DNA from: an uncultured Actinomycetes bacterium
GTDB taxonomy: Bacteria; Actinomycetota; Thermoleophilia; UBA2241
Assembly (NCBI GenBank): GCA_963709345.1
Contig: CAVPVX010000002.1
Coordinates: 372,978-436,977, forward strand
DNA length: 64,000 bases
Direction: 5' to 3'
Both the position numbers and the translations under genes were made by a program. A model generated the notes under the pieces. It did not search any database. It worked only from the letters and a program-made list of their open reading frames with translations, and was not told where the DNA came from. Positions within the stretch are counted from its first letter, which is position 1. Each line of letters starts with the position of its first letter. Of the stretch, positions 62,059 to 64,000 are shown piece by piece.

Positions 62059-63513
62059 CTTTCATCTCTCCAGTGGATGCGGTCGTCGGGTGCTCCGACA
62101 CTGCGGGCGAAGCGCTCGATGACCGCGTCGATCTCGGCGGTCACGTCGTCGCCGAGCGGGAGCACTTCGTGTCGCGCCAGGATCTCGTCGGCGCAGGCGG
62201 CGGCCTCAGCCACCAGCGGCCGCTCCTCGTACTGCTCGAAGGGGCCTCGCTGCCAGAGACGCGGCTCCCAGAGCTCGCCCCCGCGGAAGAAGTCTCGGGT
62301 GCTGCGGCGCCCCAGATAGTGACCGCCTGCGCCCACGGCGGCGATGTCGTCGAAGAGCGCTCGCGTCGCATCGATCGGGTCGTCGCGGACGAGCCGGCGC
62401 AGGGCTCCGACCGAGTCGCAGTCGAGCATGACTTTGGCGAAGCTCAGCGACTGGGCGCCGTCAGAGCAGCCGAAGGCGAGGATGGTGTCGGCTCCGGCCA
62501 GCGCGCATGCGGTCCCCGTCAGCATGCCCTCGGCGCCGGCCTGCTGATTGCTCGCCTTGGCGTCGCAGGTGATCGCGCTGCCGGTGACCGGCAGACCGTA
62601 GAAACGGCTCATCTCGATGCCGATCAGGTTCATCAGGGCGCACTCCGGGGCGCCGCAGAGATACAGCCCGCTGCGCATGTCCGCCGCGCCGGCGCCCATG
62701 CCCGAGATGATCCGGCAGCCCGGCTGCGCGAGCTGGAAGAGGACGACGGCGCTCAGCAACTCGGCCATGTTGACGATCATGGTGCCGAGCACCGTCATCG
62801 GCGCCGTCGTGCCGCTCAGCGGCATCGGCAGCACGAGCACCGGCACGCCGGCACGCGACCATGGCGATCGTCGCCTCGGTCATCTCGCGCTCGTGCTGGA
62901 GAGGTGCGACCGTGCAGTCGATGGTCGAGAAGATGGGCCGGTCCCACAGCGAAGCGCCGGCCACCGCCTCGAAGATCTCGAGCAGAGGTGCGGCGTGCGC
63001 GGGGTCGCGGACCTCGTCCTGGACGTGCTTGGTGAGGTTCGCCAGCGAGATCGCCTCTATCTCCAGGCCCGCCGTCAGGGGGTGGAGATCGCGGGCCGAG
63101 ATCGTCGGCCACGCGTAGTCGACCTCCGGCAGGGCGTCGTACAGCCGCATCGTGCGCCGCAACCACTCCGCGGAGCCCTCCTCCCTGCGCCCGGTGACAT
63201 CGTCGAGCATGTGCGTGGCGGTACCGTCGGCGCAGAAGGTCAGCGACCCGTCACCGACGACGACGTCGTAACGCGGGTCGCGAGCCGCGAGCGGCACCTC
63301 AGCCGGGCAGGATGCCAGGCACCGCTCGACGAGGTCCCACGGCAACTTGGCGCTCAGGCGAGCCCGGTCCACCCGAGCCCCGGCCGCTTCCACCAGGTCG
63401 ATGGCCTCCGGCGTGTTGTAACCCACGCCGATCTCCTCGAGGACACGGAGCGTCTGCTCGTGGACGAAGTCGCGATCGTGGTCGGATAGATACGTGAGCC
63501 TCGGTCGCGTCAC
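62055..63513 (-). pseudogene. MttB-superfamily methyltransferase split by a 1-nt insertion near 62858 (pseudogene or sequence error)
   Basis: The N-half (to EMTEATIAM) and C-half (GVPVLVLPMP..CDAKASNQQAGAE..) are collinear with 60152..61573. Removing one base from ATG GTCG CGT GCC GGC GTG restores M-A-R-A-G-V-P. Confidence 0.85.
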
Positions 63514-63585
63514 GGTCGTCCTCCTTCGCAGTGCCCCCGCGGACGAGCCGGACGATCGGCGCCCGGGCGCGGCCCGGACTGCCGC

Positions 63586-64000
63586 TCAGCCCTTCGCCGG
63601 CCGCCAGCGGGCGATGATCTCGTCGATGCGCCGGTCGGCATCGTCCGGCAACGGCCGGACCTCGTGCGTCTCGAGCAACTCCCGGGCCTTCCCGGCCGCC
63701 TCCTGCGCGAGCGGACGACCCTGGAACTCCTCGAAGGTGCCGCGCTGGAAGGCCGCCGGCCGCCACACCTCGGTCCGCGCGAACGCGCGCGTGCTCTTCC
63801 GTCCCAGGAAGTGACCGCCGATGCCCACCTCGAGGATATCGTCCATCAACGCCGTCGTCTCGTCTATCGGGTCCTCGCGCAGGTACCGCCGGAGAGCGCC
63901 GATCTGATCGTTGTCGAGGACGTACTTGGCGTAGCTCGAGATCTGAACACCGTCAAGACCGCCGGCGGCGATCAGCGAGTCGGCGCCGCCGAGCGCGGCC
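63586..64000 (-). CDS. MttB-superfamily methyltransferase, C-terminal part (gene starts beyond the window)
   Basis: Open frame from the edge: AALGGADSLIAAGGLDGVQISSYAKYVLDND..VGIGGHFLGRKSTR, paralogous to its two neighbours. Confidence 0.88.
   Translation of the reverse strand, partial: AALGGADSLIAAGGLDGVQISSYAKYVLDNDQIGALRRYLREDPIDETTALMDDILEVGIGGHFLGRKSTRAFARTEVWRPAAFQRGTFEEFQGRPLAQEAAGKARELLETHEVRPLPDDADRRIDEIIARWRPAKG

Overview
High-GC (about 70% or more by eye) bacterial chromosome segment. Gene content and promoter style suggest an actinobacterium, possibly Thermoleophilia-like; that placement is inference only. The main signal is a minus-strand cluster at 13.6-24.7 kb, in transcription order: DeoR regulator, APH/ThrB-type kinase, non-pyrrolysine MttB-family methyltransferase, one corrinoid protein, non-pyrrolysine MtmB-family methyltransferase, metallophosphoesterase, APC amine permease, MtbB dimethylamine methyltransferase, HAD hydrolase. 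The ORF caller splits mtbB in two, but the halves are in frame and separated by a single TAG (14685-14687) at the conserved pyrrolysine position, so it is most likely one 468-aa Pyl protein. No pyl genes or tRNA-Pyl are visible in the window. A same-length DeoR paralog with a closely matching promoter/operator follows a transaldolase-like, aminotransferase, transketolase operon at 47.6-53.0 kb. Three more MttB paralogs lie at 60-64 kb: one intact, one frameshifted and one cut by the window edge. The rest includes tmRNA, cydAB, ppk2, a UvrD-like helicase, cell-wall hydrolases, ABC/MFS transporters, a P-type ATPase, a two-component system and several internally collapsed pseudogenes. No CRISPR array, rRNA, tRNA or mobile element was seen. 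Family calls come from reading motifs and recalled reference sequences, not from database searches.
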